Shown here piece after piece: positions 38,774 to 53,744 of a stretch of 64,000 nt of DNA. The notes beneath the pieces are model-generated. The model had not been told where the DNA came from. It worked only from the letters and a program-made list of their open reading frames with translations, and ran no database searches. A program made the position numbers and the translations under genes. Source of the DNA: Octopus vulgaris (taxonomy: Eukaryota); the NCBI GenBank assembly GCA_951406725.2, contig OX597831.1, positions 46,624,001 to 46,688,000 on the forward strand. The letters run 5' to 3'. Every line of letters begins with the position of its first letter. The stretch's first letter is position 1.

Positions 38774-38925
38774 TATATACATACATACATACATATATAT
38801 AAATATATCTATAAATAAATATATATATGTAAATATATATATACATATATATACACATATATATATATATGTATGTATATATATATAAATAAATAGATAA
38901 ATAAATATATATATATATGAGTTAA

Positions 38926-39137
38926 CTCATTAAGACCCAGAGTACTTAAATTGCTGAATATTACTTTAAAATTTTTACAGATGTTTGAAAATATGTTAAA
39001 ATGAAAAAAAGATATTAAAACTCCTTTAGAAATGGAAATACTCGGTGTCCTATAAATAGGACACTGAGATAATGTGATATAGCTTATTTGATGTTCTCAT
39101 TTGGTGTCCTATTTATCGGACAGTGGAACTTAATGGG
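38926..39137. mobile_element. piggyBac-type MITE (212 bp)
   Basis: TTAA|CTCATTAAG ... CTTAATGGG|TTAA; subterminal palindrome GTGTCCTATAAATAGGACAC and a second variant copy. Confidence 0.7.
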
Positions 39138-39997
39138 TTAATTAAAGTAAGAGGGAGATTCAGGGAGGACCATGGATCTTTAGACTTCTACAGATCTTTA
39201 GACATCTACAGATATTGATCCGGTTCATTAGGCGTAAATTTGTATAGGATTTCGACTTCATTTTTGATTTTTGGTAAAAAGCTAAATTTATAAACGAGGT
39301 TATGTCTTTATTAACTAAAGTTAACTTGAAAAATGCACACATGTCAACTTACATAACAACAAAAGACATAAAGACATATAAAATAAGTGAGCGTGTGTGT
39401 GTGTGATATTTATTTAAATTGCAAACATTGGGTATTTTCCCTCTAAATAGACTGAATGAAGAAGAATAATTTATTCATTAATGGCCTAAATTTTAAGCTG
39501 ATAACAAATCTTGGAAAATCCCCAAACAAAAGAAATACTCGACGTTATCTCTTTGATTAAACCATGAAGAAACAAAACATGCCTACCAATCTAATATAAT
39601 AAAGTGCACGCGCCAATAATGGCGTTCGTACGTGGTTGACTGGCCTACTAGAAATATCAGTTAAATTTCCCTCATATAACTCTGCCATCTTTTGTTTTAA
39701 ACTTAACCGTACCGCTTGGAGCTTGAATGTTTTAGCAAATTCACTCTAAATTAAAGATAATAAAATACACGCTCCAATGATAACACCACTACGTTGTCAC
39801 TTGTCATGATGAAAATAGCAGTTAAATCGCTTTCAAATAACATTCTACCATCTTTGTCTATGGTAGCTTTAATCTCGCCACTTAGCACTTGAGGTAGCTA
39901 ATCCATTTTATTTCTAGCATTCGGCTGAGGTTTCCAGTTTCAAGAAAACTTTTCTTCTGTTTCCAGTCCCAGAGACTTTCTCCTATGACTGAGATAT

Positions 39998-40198
39998 TAG
40001 TTTCAAATTTTGGCACAAGGCCAGAAGGTTTGGGGGAAGGAGCTAGCCAATTTCATTGACTCCAGTGCTCAACTGGTACTTATTCGATCGACTCCGAAAG
40101 AATGAAAGGCAAAGTCAACCCCGGCAACATTTGAACCCAAAAGGTAAAAACAGGCAAAATGCCAATAAGCAGTAACGATTCTACCCGCTTACCGCCTT
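39998..40198 (-). mobile_element. SINE family 1, diverged
   Basis: Similarity to the family 1 copies. Confidence 0.7.
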
Positions 40199-40984
40199 TC
40201 CCATGACTAAGATATTGCAAAACAATTGACTTAAGACGCATTATGTCTGAAAAAAAAAACTAAGCGAAGATGGTGATAGCTGGAACGCTTTTGATCATTT
40301 AGCATTGCCTCTTTCACAGATGACCTAGGGCTAAATAGCAAGACTTTAAACAATATACCACACCAGAGCTAATTAAGTGTTTTCGCTGTCACGTCTGGCT
40401 AATTGAGAGGTTATCAAAGATTCTCTGTGAATTGCTCTGAACTAGCACAACCAGCAATTAAACTTGTTAAAACTAATCTGCAAACAAAACAAAAAAACTT
40501 TCCATTAGCTCCAGTTGTCAGTAAGTACGTCAGGCTTGAAATTTTTCCCCCACTACACCATTAACTCATGTATATCATTGCTTATCTCTCAAAAACTGTC
40601 ATTTATATTATTCTCACACCATCTGAATGTTACTTAGTATAAAAGAACAAAAGAAAGCTATAAAAATCAAATCAAACGTCGAGAAATTTAGTTAACAGGC
40701 AATTCAGAATATTTTGTGTTGTCTCACTAGTAGGACGTGAAAATAACAATGTAGTTAAGAAATTTGCACTCGCTACTATGTCATCCTGAATTCAGCTCCA
40801 ATGCGCTGCATCTTATGCAAATTATCTTCTACCATAGCCTCGAATTCACTAGTATCATATGAAAGGAATTTGATAATTGAAAACTGTGCGGAAGTCGTCG
40901 TACATACATACGTACATACGTACGTACGTACGTACGTACATACATACATGTATTTATATACATGTATGTATGTATGTATATGTA

Positions 40985-41199
40985 TCTCTTTTCTCTTTTA
41001 CTTGTTTCAGTCATTTGACTGCGGCCATGCTGGAGCACCGCCTTTAATCGAGCAAATCGACCCCGGGACTTATTCTTTGTAAGCCTAGTACTTATTCTAT
41101 CGGTCTCTTTTGCCGAACCGCTAAGTTACGGGGGCGTAAACACACCAGCATCGGTTGTCAAGCAATGCTAGGGGGACAAACACAGACACACAAACATAT

Positions 41200-41246
<47 letters not shown>

Positions 41247-41403
41247 ACAGGCTTCTTTCAGTTTCCGTCTACCAAATCCACTCACAAGGCTTCGGTCAGC
41301 CCGAGGCTATAGCAGAAGACACTTGCCCAAGATGCCACGCAGTGGGACTGAAGCCGGAACCATGCGGTTGGTAAGCAAGCTACTTACCACACAGCCACTC
41401 CTG
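40985..41403 (-). mobile_element. SINE family 2, full length
   Basis: Nearly identical to 37850-38272. Confidence 0.85.
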
Positions 41404-41926
41404 TGCCTGTGTATATGTATGCTCTCTTTTTCTTTTTGATTTTAGAGTAAATTTTGCCAGGCCACCTACTTTGTTAATTACAGAATGCAAATTATCATTT
41501 GCAGTATCTTATGAGCAGGGAAATACAATGTGCATGCGCGTGTGTGCACGCACATCTGTATCTTTCACTTATACATCAGCGAAGGATACATTCACCAAGT
41601 TTTGATGTATATGGGCGAGAAAGCGAAAACCAGGAGCTTTACAAACGAAAACCTTTGAAATTATTCTGCACTCGTAATTCTCAGAGACATTGCACTCGTA
41701 ATCCTCAGAGTACATTGAAAACATTCAAATCTTTTCGTTGTTGTCGTTTGACATACTGCACTGTCAGATAATGTCTAGCTTCAATGGCATCTTAACAATT
41801 TGGAGCAAGTAACTGGATAGATTTTTTACTGGCAGAACAACACTGATCGCCTAATCACTTCTGTTGGTTATCTGTAAATTGCGATCCAAAATAGTGTTTA
41901 CATGATATTATCATTATTATTATTAT

Positions 41927-42142
41927 GAAGGCAATGAGCTGGCAGAATGCTTAGCACGCCGGATAACATGCTTTACTGCATTTGGTCCGTCTTTACGTTC
42001 TGAGTTCAAATTCCACAGTGATTGACTTTGTTTTTCATCCTTTTGGGATAGATCAAATAAGTACCATTTGAGTACAGGGGTCGATGTAATCGACTTAGCC
42101 TCTTCCAAAATTGCTAGCATTGTGCCAAAATTTGAAATCAAT
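41927..42142 (+). mobile_element. SINE family 1, diverged
   Basis: AAGGCAATGAGCTGGCAGAA...GTTCAAATTCC. Confidence 0.75.
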
Positions 42143-42286
42143 ACTATTATTATCATCATATCGTCTTTAGAACCCAAAGAATGAATTATAATCAATGATC
42201 AAAAGTCATTCGGGATTCTTTCTTCAGGTCAATTTTCGTGCCAACGATTCAGTCAGCTAACCGCCTTAATATTAATAATAATATGA

Positions 42287-42337
<51 letters not shown>

Positions 42338-42338
<1 letters not shown>

Positions 42339-42645
42339 TTAATTTTTGGCATCTTAAAGCAAGAACTTTTCCTGTTATTGTAGGTGCCCTAGCTATGATA
42401 ATAAAAGGGGTATCAGAAATAGCTAGATGAGATCCCAAAAGATTGTGCTGACAAGTACTGCCCACATCCTTAGGAAAACCCTATTCATTTAAATGTATGT
42501 GTTGCATTACATAAAGATATTTCGCTAATTACCCTCCCTAAGCCTTCAGTCATACTGTAACATCTTTTATTCTTTACTCGCCCCGGGAGACTGGGTGTGT
42601 CTCGGCAAGTGATTGTAACAAACATGCAGATTAAAAGTAAAATAA
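42338..42645 (+). mobile_element. R4/Dong-like LINE extreme 3' end
   Basis: FWHLKARTFPVIVGALAMIIKG...QKIVLTSTAHILRKTL; between (TAA)n and (CAA/TAA)n. Confidence 0.7.
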
Positions 42646-42848
42646 CAACAACAACAACAATAATAATATGGGTCCCACCTGCAAAATGATCCGCTGTTTA
42701 TATTGATGCAAGGTCACCGTGTTGTGCACATAGGGTTGTGATGCATGTGACTGGTATACCCTTATCAGACGGGTAGTAATGATGCGTATATTGGGCTTCG
42801 TATATTTGTACCCATGTCACTTTGATGGCATGCACTGCTCCCTCACTC

Positions 42849-42898
<50 letters not shown>

Positions 42899-43232
42899 GT
42901 TATATGAATGTATTTCTGTACTGTTCTCCCTACTTTCTCTCCCCAAACTTTCAACTACATCTAAACAGCTCTTAAGCTTCGCTTGCCCTAGAGTGCTGAA
43001 TGAGACACGACAAGATAATATGATATCAGCCACGCAGGTTGAAAGCAAAATGATAAAATTTGAAGAAATAGCAAAAGAAGAGGAAGAAGAAGAACAACAA
43101 CAATAAAAAATTCTACCACTGCAACCAAAACAAACAAAAAATAAAAAACAAGAGTAAGAGCAAGAAAACATCAAGAACAAGATCAAAAGGCTGCTTCTGC
43201 TGCTGCTGCTGCAACTACTACTACTGATGATA

Positions 43233-43271
<39 letters not shown>

Positions 43272-43433
43272 GTGATGATTGTGATGATAACGATGGTGAT
43301 GATAACGATGGTGATGGTGATAATGATGATGATGACGATGGTGGTTATGGTGGTTAGCCTCTTCCCCAAAATTGGTAGCTTTTATATATATATATTTATA
43401 TATATATATAATACACACACGCACACACACATA

Positions 43434-43505
<72 letters not shown>

Positions 43506-43607
43506 TGTATATATATATATATATATATTACTATATATATATATAAAATTTATATATATAATTTATATATCTATAAATGTAAAAGGTGACAATTATTCGG
43601 TAGCCAC

Positions 43608-43668
43608 GATAAAACTCCGAGTTTCAGATGCCGAGGTGGAAATCTACGCCGCCATCTCTTCAGTTATC
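43608..43668 (-). ncRNA. Minimal type I hammerhead ribozyme, intact core
   Basis: GATAA-CTGAAGA-GATG...CATC-t-GAAA-ctc g gag-TT-TTATC; enclosed by the inverted repeat 43575-43606/43690-43721. Confidence 0.72.
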
Positions 43669-43929
43669 CGGCCATCGGAAAAAATGCTATGGCTACCGAA
43701 TAATTGTCACATATTACATTTACAGACAAATTCCTCTATTTACATAATATCGAGGTCTCTTTCATTCTTGTGTTGTCTTACCATTTTTATCAATATAATT
43801 TATGTATATGATGATGATGACAACGACGTCTATAGATAAATGTCACTCAGAACAAACGGAGAATTTATGGGAAAGAGAACGAAAGTATACATAGTCGTAT
43901 AAGAAAACGTAATAAATTCGTGCAAAACG

Positions 43930-44180
43930 AGTATAAATACAGGCATACAAGAGAACTGGAGAATTTTTGGAATCTAAAAGTGACAGCTACTCCTGTGCTA
44001 ATTGGTTCACAAATCACGATATCCAAACTGTTATCAAAGAGACAGAAGAATATCGCAATTGAGACATATTGTAGACCTACCGAAACGTGCCATCCTATTC
44101 CTGCAAGAATTCTAAGAAAGACGAGTTAGATATGAGAAACCTTGTCACAACTTCTCAGGATAACAAATGTAACATTTGAA
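43930..44180 (+). mobile_element. Diverged R4/Dong-like LINE 3' end
   Basis: KYRHTRELENFWNLKVTATPVLIGS...ARILRK followed by (TAA)n. Confidence 0.55.
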
Positions 44181-44191
44181 TAATAATAATG

Positions 44192-44317
<126 letters not shown>

Positions 44318-44659
44318 TTTTCTCCCTTTAATATTTTAGTAGCTGTTGCCTGGTTGACATGACAACCAAAGCAAAATTCAAAATGCTGGTAGGTATTCTT
44401 CGCGATAATTGATTGAAGTGAAATTAATTTGTCTTATGAAACATGTTTGCGTGACATAATCACACAGAAAATACCATCCAATTTCTGAAAAAAAGACGTA
44501 GTTAATCCAAATGCCAACGGTGAAAATGAAGAAAAAAATATATATAAAGTCGAAAACAGATACTACTACTACTACTACTACAACTACTGATGATGATGAG
44601 GATGATGATAATAATAATAATAATAATAGTAATAGTAATAATAATGATGATGATAATAA

Positions 44660-44754
<95 letters not shown>

Positions 44755-45135
44755 CCACCATAGATGTAAGAGAGTAGGGATTTGCGAAAGTAGGAAGTTT
44801 TAGTTTGTCTGGCTGATCTAATTTTAGCATCTGAGCCACAATCGATTATCAGACTTGTAAGAAAAAGCAGCCAATTCTGTTAGTACCAGAGTTATCTATT
44901 GCTAAAAATATATTCACCATTAAGCTAAATATCCGGCTACGAATCATTGCTTAAGTTCCCTCTACATATTTGCTTGCACAACGAATGTGTATTGTCGTTG
45001 TTTGCTGAAAAATCCAGTTTAGAAAATTACGTTATAAGGAATCTACATCAGCAGTTCTCAATATTTGCATTCGAAACTTCGCCATTCTTTCAATTTTTTT
45101 CTTTCTTTCTCTCCCCCGCCCCCGATATCTCTCAG

Positions 45136-45244
<109 letters not shown>

Positions 45245-45251
45245 TACAGGC

Positions 45252-45347
<96 letters not shown>

Positions 45348-45565
45348 CGGTCGATAGCTTGTCCGACATGCTGCATGTAAAAGAGAAGGTATTTGCAAAA
45401 GCGAAAAGCTTTTGTTAGTCTAGCTGATCTAATTTTATCACAAAGAAAGAAATGAATGTATGTATGTATGTATATATATATGGAGTTAGTCCAAACATGA
45501 AAACACAAAGAGAAAACAACAACACGAGGACGTGGAACAAGTTGAGTGTTATGCATACACATATC

Positions 45566-46070
45566 TCTTTACTCTTTACTCTTTACTATTTTACTCTTTT
45601 ACTTGTTTCAGTCATTTGACTGTGGCCATGCTGGAGAACCGCCTTTACTCGAGCAAATCGACCCCAGGACTTATTCTCTGTAAGCCTAGTACTTATTCTA
45701 TCGGTCTCTTTTGCCGAACCGCTAAGTTACGGGGACGTAAACACACCAGCATCGGTTGTCAAGCGATGTTGGTGGAACAAATACAGACGCAGAAACACAT
45801 ACATACAGGCATACATACATATATACATATATATATACAAAAGGCGGCTAGCTGGCTGACACGTTAGCACGCTGGGCGAAATGCGTAGCCGTATTTCGTC
45901 TGCCGTTACGTTCTGAGTTCAAATTCCGCCGAGGTCGACTTTGCCTTTCATCCTTTCGGGGTCGATAAATTAAGTACCAGTTACGCACTGGGGTCGATGT
46001 AGTCGACTTAATCCATTTGTCTGTACTTGTTTGCCCCCTCTGTGTTTAGCTCCTTGTAGGTAGTAAATAA
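45566..46070. mobile_element. SINE family 2 tail (-, 45566-45840) abutting SINE family 1 (+, 45841-46070)
   Basis: Direct similarity to both families. Confidence 0.8.
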
Positions 46071-46538
46071 ATATATATATATACAACTTATAAACAAGGG
46101 CAAAAGAAAATTATTTCCATGCCAATATGCTGACAACAAACTTTTAAATTGTCAATTTCCACATATTATATACTCACTACAGAAATACGTTGTACTGAAA
46201 TCGGGAAGCTAGTCAACAGAATTTTTTTTAAAAGTTCGTTATTTCTATTTGGAATCAATTTCAGAATTAATCTCAGATTTTTTCCTCTTCATTAGGAAAT
46301 ACGATAAGAAATAAATGAAATACTTACATGCGCCCATGGAAAAAAAAGCCGAAGCAAAAGTCATGAGTACATATAAGCACCCCAGTTATTTCTAAATATA
46401 AAATCCTTTGGCTAGCCTCAGTACACGTGATGTGTGAACTGTTCTCCACTACTGCTTATAGTGGTTACCAGTCCCTATAGTGAATAGTAATAAATCTACT
46501 ACTAATATAGGATGTAATATAGCATGTAAGTGTATATA

Positions 46539-46578
<40 letters not shown>

Positions 46579-46607
46579 CATACACACACACACACACACA
46601 CGGACAC

Positions 46608-46720
<113 letters not shown>

Positions 46721-46734
46721 ATATTCTGTAAAGT

Positions 46735-47153
46735 CTTACGTTCTGAGTTCAAATTATGTCGGGATCGACTGTGCCTTTCATCTACTCGAGGTCGATACAA
46801 TAAGTACCTATTTCTTTATTACCCACAAGGGGCTAAACACAGAGGGGACAAACAAGGACATACATAGATATTAAGTCGATTACATCGACCCCAGTGCGTA
46901 ACTGGTACTTAATTTATCGATCCCGAAAGGATGAAAGGCAAAGTCGACCTCGGCGGAATTCGAACTCACAACGTAACGCAGACGAAATACCGCTAAGCAT
47001 TTCGCCCGGCGTGCTAACGTTTCTGCCAGCTCGCCGCCTTCAAATACAATAAGTACCAATAAGTATTTCGATACAATAAGTACCAATTGAATACTGGGGC
47101 CGATGCAATCGACTTAACACCTCTCACTGGCCTTGTGCCAAAAATTGAAACCA
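46735..47153. mobile_element. Nested SINE family 1: young minus copy (46806-47040) inside an old plus copy
   Basis: Duplicated target TACAATAAGTACC on both sides of the inner copy. Confidence 0.75.
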
Positions 47154-47632
47154 GTATAACAAACATGTATACGAGCTCACATTAGAAGGATATGCATGTA
47201 AACATATAGCCAGACCGTAATGCTAAAGAGTAAACACTTCAATGAGATTGAATCTATCAACGGTATTATAAATGTAATTTTAATGAAGTGTATATAATAA
47301 TAATAAAAGTAAAATGATATATGCGACAGAAGCAATCAGAGGTATATATAAATTTGTTTCATAGTTTAAACTTACAGCACCAAGTCGAAACGGACATAAT
47401 CCGAAGAATGTCAAGTGGTTAAATAAATGTATTAATATAGTAACCTCTCAAATCTCCTGGTTTTTAAGATTTATACACACGCACACATGTATATGTATAT
47501 ATAACGGGAAGCTTTATGAAAATAGACAAAAGACGAAGGCAGGTTTACGGAAATAAACAAAAGACGAAGGCAGGTGGAATACAAACAAACAATTGTATTA
47601 GTATAGCGCTCAGGAAATATAAATAAAACAAG

Positions 47633-47670
47633 TCTTTAACGTTTCGAGCTTACGCTCTTCAACAGAAAGA
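47633..47670 (-). ncRNA. Minimal type I hammerhead motif (A6U variant, GUAA tetraloop)
   Basis: TCTTT-CTGTTGA-a-GAGC gtaa GCTC-GAAA-cg-TT-AAAGA. Confidence 0.65.
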
Positions 47671-47905
47671 TACATAGAGAAAAAAAACGCAGAAAGAAGG
47701 AGAGAAAACAAATGCGTGCAGAGGCTAGCGAATCAACATGGCATTCTGATTTCGGCCAGAAGTCAAAGATCAAAGTATGAAATGAATGTAAAAAAAGGGA
47801 TAATATATGAGAAAATAAAAATAAAACGAACGGGACAGTTTATGCGAACAAGTTCAAGGTTGAGAGTTCAAGGTTAGAAATGTATAGACGTCGTGGTATA
47901 TTTTT

Positions 47906-48015
<110 letters not shown>

Positions 48016-50128
48016 TATTTATTTATATATATATACACACACACCTACATGTGTGTATGCATGTGTGTGTGCGTGTGTGTGTGTGTGTGTGTATGCACAA
48101 TTACGTTACATCCATGCATTCATGAATATGATTGAATTGTTACAGCATCAGACAAATACTTTAAGGTATTTCTTCAAAGTCTTTACGTTTTGAAGAAGGT
48201 GTGTAATTCACCTAACATTTCAGAGTTCAGTAAACATCCAGTCGATAACCATGCATTCGCTCAACACGTTGTAATGACTGGGGTAAAGGTTTTCCTACAA
48301 CGTACGATTATCCCCAATGGTATAGAATCTAATGTGCAGAGTTTTGAGTTGACAGATTTCAGCGGATCATCACCTTCATCTTTCGAGATAGCTTCGAAGT
48401 CAGGTATGGGACAAGAACTCGTTTGTATACTCATTTTCACGGCAGTTATAAGGATTTACGGATGAAATCAATTTTTAGCTTAAACTATTTCCCGAATGAA
48501 ATTGCATATGAAGGTATAATTACTGAATCCCGTATATATAGGATACATTTAATAGAATTCTCAACTAAATAATTGGATACATTCCCCACAGTGAAACTGT
48601 GAAATATCTACAAATAGCTTATTTCGTTGGATAACAAAGTATTTTCTATCATCAAAATTCTGAGACAGAGGCCAGTACGATTCTAGTACATGCTTTATCA
48701 GTGGCCCGGGAACACATAATAATTAGGCTTTCCTTGGTTTCCGTCTAGCGAATTCTCTCATGTTGTTTTGGTCATCGCGAGGCTATAATAGAAGACAGTG
48801 GCCCAAGTTGCCACTCAATGCGACTGAACTTTGCACCATGTGGTTCGGGATTAAACTTCTTACTTCACAGCCACACCTGGAGTATATATGTAGTAGGTTT
48901 TACCATATAGTTAGCGCACGCACTTTGCGATTCTAAATCCTCATTCTATGTTAGCTCAAACATAAATTGCCCAGATCGTTACCGGATATATATATATATG
49001 TGTGTGGCCAACTTCAATCGCCACTAATAAATCTTACGCTGTCACCATTTATAATATTTTATCATTTATAATATTTTATTATTTCGTATAATGTTTTACC
49101 ATCTCGTATCTTAACGGGCGCACCGCTACGAACACACTGTTATTGCTAGATAGAGTTCAAAATCTCAGAGAAAATAAACCATAGAAATAAGAATAGAATG
49201 CTTTTGTTTATGGACGTATGCTTGATTCTGTCCCAATTGACAATAAAGAACAGCAATATTTACAAACACCAAATTTCCCTCCTTAATACCGATAAATATA
49301 ATAACAAATCATATACAACTACAAAAGCACGAATATAATCAAATTTTTCCTCTCATTTTAATACTGGAGAGTCGAAATAGCAGCCACTATTTTCTAATAT
49401 TCCTCACTAAATTTCTTTATAGTAATAATTTTGCAGTCTCAAATATAAAATTACTCAGGGAAAGACGTGACGAAATTTTTGGTGCCGTTTTCGTAATTAG
49501 AGTTTATTTGGGTTAACTAAACCCTTCCACATCCTCTTCTCTCTAGGCTTCCATTACATCAATCCCAGTGCTCAACTGGTATTTATTTTATCGTTCCTGA
49601 AAGGATGAAAGGCAGAGTCAACATCGGCGGCATTTGAGCAGAGAATGTGAAGACGGAGAAATTGTCACTAAGCATTTTGCCAGGCGCTGTAAGATGGAGA
49701 TAAATATTCAATAGTGATCATCGATATTAAACTACCGAAGTAGCAGAAACAAAACTCTCTGCAGATTGAGCAGTAAGTTCAAGAATATAGTTTATATGAC
49801 GTAAATTGCTGAAGACATTGATTATGAAAAAACATATCCTAAAGTGTCAATGTTTGATATCTTATGAACACAGAAGTCACCTGTAATTATATGATCAATT
49901 TTTACGTCAGTTCATCTTTTCAAGTAATCGCCGAATTTATTTGGAAATTAATAGGAATTGTAGACAGATAAGGGAGCACTATGGATAAAGGTGGTTTGAC
50001 AGTAAACTTAGTAATAATTTGTTCAAATGAATTGTAATGTAGCACGTTAATTATGGTATATTCAAAAATATTGCAAAAGATAATATTCACACGTCGCGCA
50101 TGCGCACGCACACACGCACATACACACA

Positions 50129-50203
<75 letters not shown>

Positions 50204-51221
50204 AGGCAGTCATCAGTAGAAGATTTATATTTCCAAATATGGTAAAAACTACTCGCTACAATCTCTTCAAATGATAAAATAAAACTAATCCGTTTTCAGG
50301 TACCAGTAAGACTGGACAAAATCATGTTCATGTGGCAATTCAACACTGAACCTAGCAGTTTCGTCGTTCATACATCCCCAAAGAATATATTTGAGTCGAC
50401 TGCAGAAGTTACTCTGAAACGTAGAACTTGGATTACTTTTAGGTACAGAAACGGTTCCGCTGTATCAAGCCTACCGTTAAAGTTACTCTTAAACATAGAT
50501 CCTGGATTACTTTAGGCACAGAAAGAGACATAACGGTTCCGCTGTGTCAACCCTACAGTTAATGTATTTCCTTTTACTACAATTAATTTACATTGATCTT
50601 CAGTATGCAGAGTTTCAATGCGCTCCCGAAATCTCCTAAGTTCTGCTCAACCCAATCTGCCTCTACTTGATTTATAAATGTACTCGGTTATTTCTAAAAC
50701 CTAAAAAGTTTTGGATTTTCCACTACATTTTACTTTTTTTTTTTTTTGTATTTATTCACACATTAATTGTTATGGGCTGACATCTCACCTCCGCTTTCTC
50801 GGTCAATGCGAAAACGGTTCGATGTTTGTGGATTTAACATCACACTTTACCGTGAAACAAAATGTCGTTCAAAATTGTATGAGCTAACATTTCATCCTCT
50901 GATATGACACTTATAATATTCTTGTCTACTTCTCTTCGCATTAATCTAATTGTAATATCATACGAGGTGATTGCTCATTAATAATTGCTGTAAATGAATC
51001 AATATCAGCAGATTCGCGATTGATAATACTATTTAGTGTAAATATTACGCGTTGTAAATCTCGTTGGAAGCCGGACCGAAGGTCAACGTGTAATCTTTCT
51101 AGTAACTCTGCAAATAAGTCAGATAAGCTGTTCTGTGTGGGAAAAAACTTTCAGTGATATATTTTCTTAACGGTCTATCTATCACACATACAAAGTTACA
51201 CACGCGCGCACGAATATGTAT

Positions 51222-51976
51222 ACTCTTTACTCTCTTTTACTCTTTTACTTGTTTCAGTCATTTGACTGCGGTCGTGCTGGAGCACCGCCTTTAGTCAAGC
51301 AAATCGACCCAAGGACTTATTCTTTGTAAGCCTAGTACTTATTCTATCGGTCTCTTTTGCCGAACCGCTAAGTTACGGGGACGTAAACACACCAGCATCG
51401 GTTGTCAAGCGATGTTGGGGGAACAAACACAGACACTCAAATATATACACACATATATATATATACATATATATCTATACAATAATATGTTACATTACTC
51501 GATAGTCAAGACAAAACTCTGAGTTTCAGATGCCGAAGTGGAAATCCACAACACCATCTCTTCGGTTATCTGGCTATTTGAAAACGCTATGAAAAAATAC
51601 CGTTATATAAAGGGAAATTACTGTGTTATAACTCTGCTTGCCTGCGTACTTATACATCGCTCGCATTTTTCGTCATAAAAATTATATAAAAATACATAAA
51701 AAATATATAAAAATATATAAAAATATATAAAATCTTCTTGGGACATAACATAGAAAGCATGTTCTATCTGTTTTCTTTAGGGGACCAAAAACGTAACAGA
51801 AATTTAGTCACATATGGGCATGATCCGAAAAGTTCTGTCCTTGTGTTTAGACATGTAGTAGGGTCTAAGCTGCTTTTCCAGATAAGCCATCTCTCCATGT
51901 CGCATAGACCGCACCTTCCTCTATTTACATAATATTGAGGTCTCTTTCTTTCTTTTGTTATCTTACCGTTTTACCA

Positions 51977-52007
<31 letters not shown>

Positions 52008-52143
52008 TACGACCAAATCAACTCACAAGGCTTTAGTCGGCCCGAGGCTATAGTAGAAGACACTTGCCCAAGGTGCCACGCAGTGGGACTGAATCCAGAA
52101 CCATGTGTTTGGTAAGCAATCTACTTACCACACAGCCACTCTT
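51222..52143 (-). mobile_element. SINE family 2 whose (TA)n is interrupted by a PLE fragment
   Basis: Tail at 51222-51450, head at 52010-52143. Confidence 0.75.
51480..51980 (-). mobile_element. Penelope-like element 3' end: ORF C-terminus, HHR (51510-51570) and inverted terminal piece
   Basis: Minus ~51915-51775 reads GRCGLCDMERWLIWKSSLDPTTCLNTRTELFGSCPYVTKFLL (CxLCxxE..I..LNxRxEL..C). The HHR lies downstream on the same strand. 51916-51980 is the inverted element end. Confidence 0.72.
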
Positions 52144-52169
52144 GTATGTGTGTCATTATTTAGTTTTAT

Positions 52170-52600
52170 TTCAAAACTTTTTACCTATAGAGATCTAACC
52201 TAGAGCCAAAGCTCTCCTTAATTGGAATTTCAACATCAACAGGGTATTTCTGTATGTATGTATGTATGTATGTATGTATGTATGTATGTATGTATGTATG
52301 TATGCATGCATGCATGTCTGTATGTATGTATGTATGTATGTATGTATGTATGTATGTATGTATGTATATGTGCAGATTTGTATATTTTGTTTATGTATGC
52401 ATTCTCATGCATATACTTGCAAATTTAGACATGCTCGAATATGCTTAAGTGATAAACTTCTGAAAAGTTTTACAGATTTTTGCAGTTCTGGTGCTATTAG
52501 ATCTGTAATCTTCGAATCAGCTTTCTCCATTCTGGTTTTGAGTAAAATTAATTTCTCAAGATAGGTATTTAGGCAAAGTGTTACATATCCCAATGCCCCA
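52170..52600 (-). mobile_element. RLE (R4-like) LINE 3' end, (CATA)n family, diverged
   Basis: LGYVTLCLNTYLEKL; the adjoining sequence matches 1-75 and 545-790. Confidence 0.7.
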
Positions 52601-53176
52601 ACATCAGCAAATTCACGACTGATAACACTATTTAATGTATGTATGTATGTATGTATGTATGCTAAATATTTTGCATAATATTTTCCTTATTCTATCCATA
52701 TCATGTCCGTTTTTATTGTGTACTACTCTCAGGGCATCGTTCCAATATAAACCTATGTTAGCTTCTTTTATTTATATTTTAAGGGCATCTAGGATATAAA
52801 GCCGAACAAGATGAGCTATCTCTGCACTGTCATACCTCCCCATTGTTACGTCAAATAACTCGTCTCCATTCTTTTTTACCCAGTAGGAATTATCATGAAA
52901 GAATATGACTCCCTTGTGTTCATAATTATGGCTCTATCTGTATTTGTTATAGTGACATATATTTTGCTAAATTCAAGTGACTTCTGAAGCAAGCTCTTGG
53001 AGAACGAGTGGTAGAACCCTACGATATCAAATTGTATGAATTTGCATTTGCGTTTATCTTTTATTTTCTTGAACCATTCAATAATTGCACTACTGCATAT
53101 CAACTGGGTAAGATTTTAGTGAGCTCTGATATGTCGTAGAATATTATCAAATATAGTTTTACTAATACGTAATTCC

Positions 53177-53406
53177 TACTCTTTACTCTTTTAATTGTTT
53201 CAGTCATTTGACCGTTGCCGTGCTGAAGCACCGCCTATAGTCGAGCAAATCGACCCCAGGACTTATTCTTTGTAAGCATAGTACTTATTCTATCGGTCTC
53301 TTTTGCCGAACTACTAAGTTACGGGGGCGTAAACACACCAGCATCGGTTGTCAAGCGATGTTGGGGGGACAAACACAGACACACAAGCATATACACACAC
53401 ACGTAC

Positions 53407-53447
<41 letters not shown>

Positions 53448-53691
53448 AAACATTATTGGTGAATTGAAGAAATGGAGCTGAACGCAGATTGAACAGAAAT
53501 CATTTTATTTCATTCTACACGTGTTTCGAAAGGCACAAATTACCAAAATCCGATTGAATAATGGGACCATATTGTGTCTTTCTCTTCAGGAAGAAAATAG
53601 GAAATCCGTTGGAAAAACAAAAACAGAACAGAGGCGGAGCAAAAACAAATCGAACTATGCTCATAAGAGCCCATGGCGAAACTGTTTATCA

Positions 53692-53744
<53 letters not shown>

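Noticed and set aside
50418-50565. Imperfect ~75-bp direct duplication
   Set aside because: A two-copy local duplication with no further structure.
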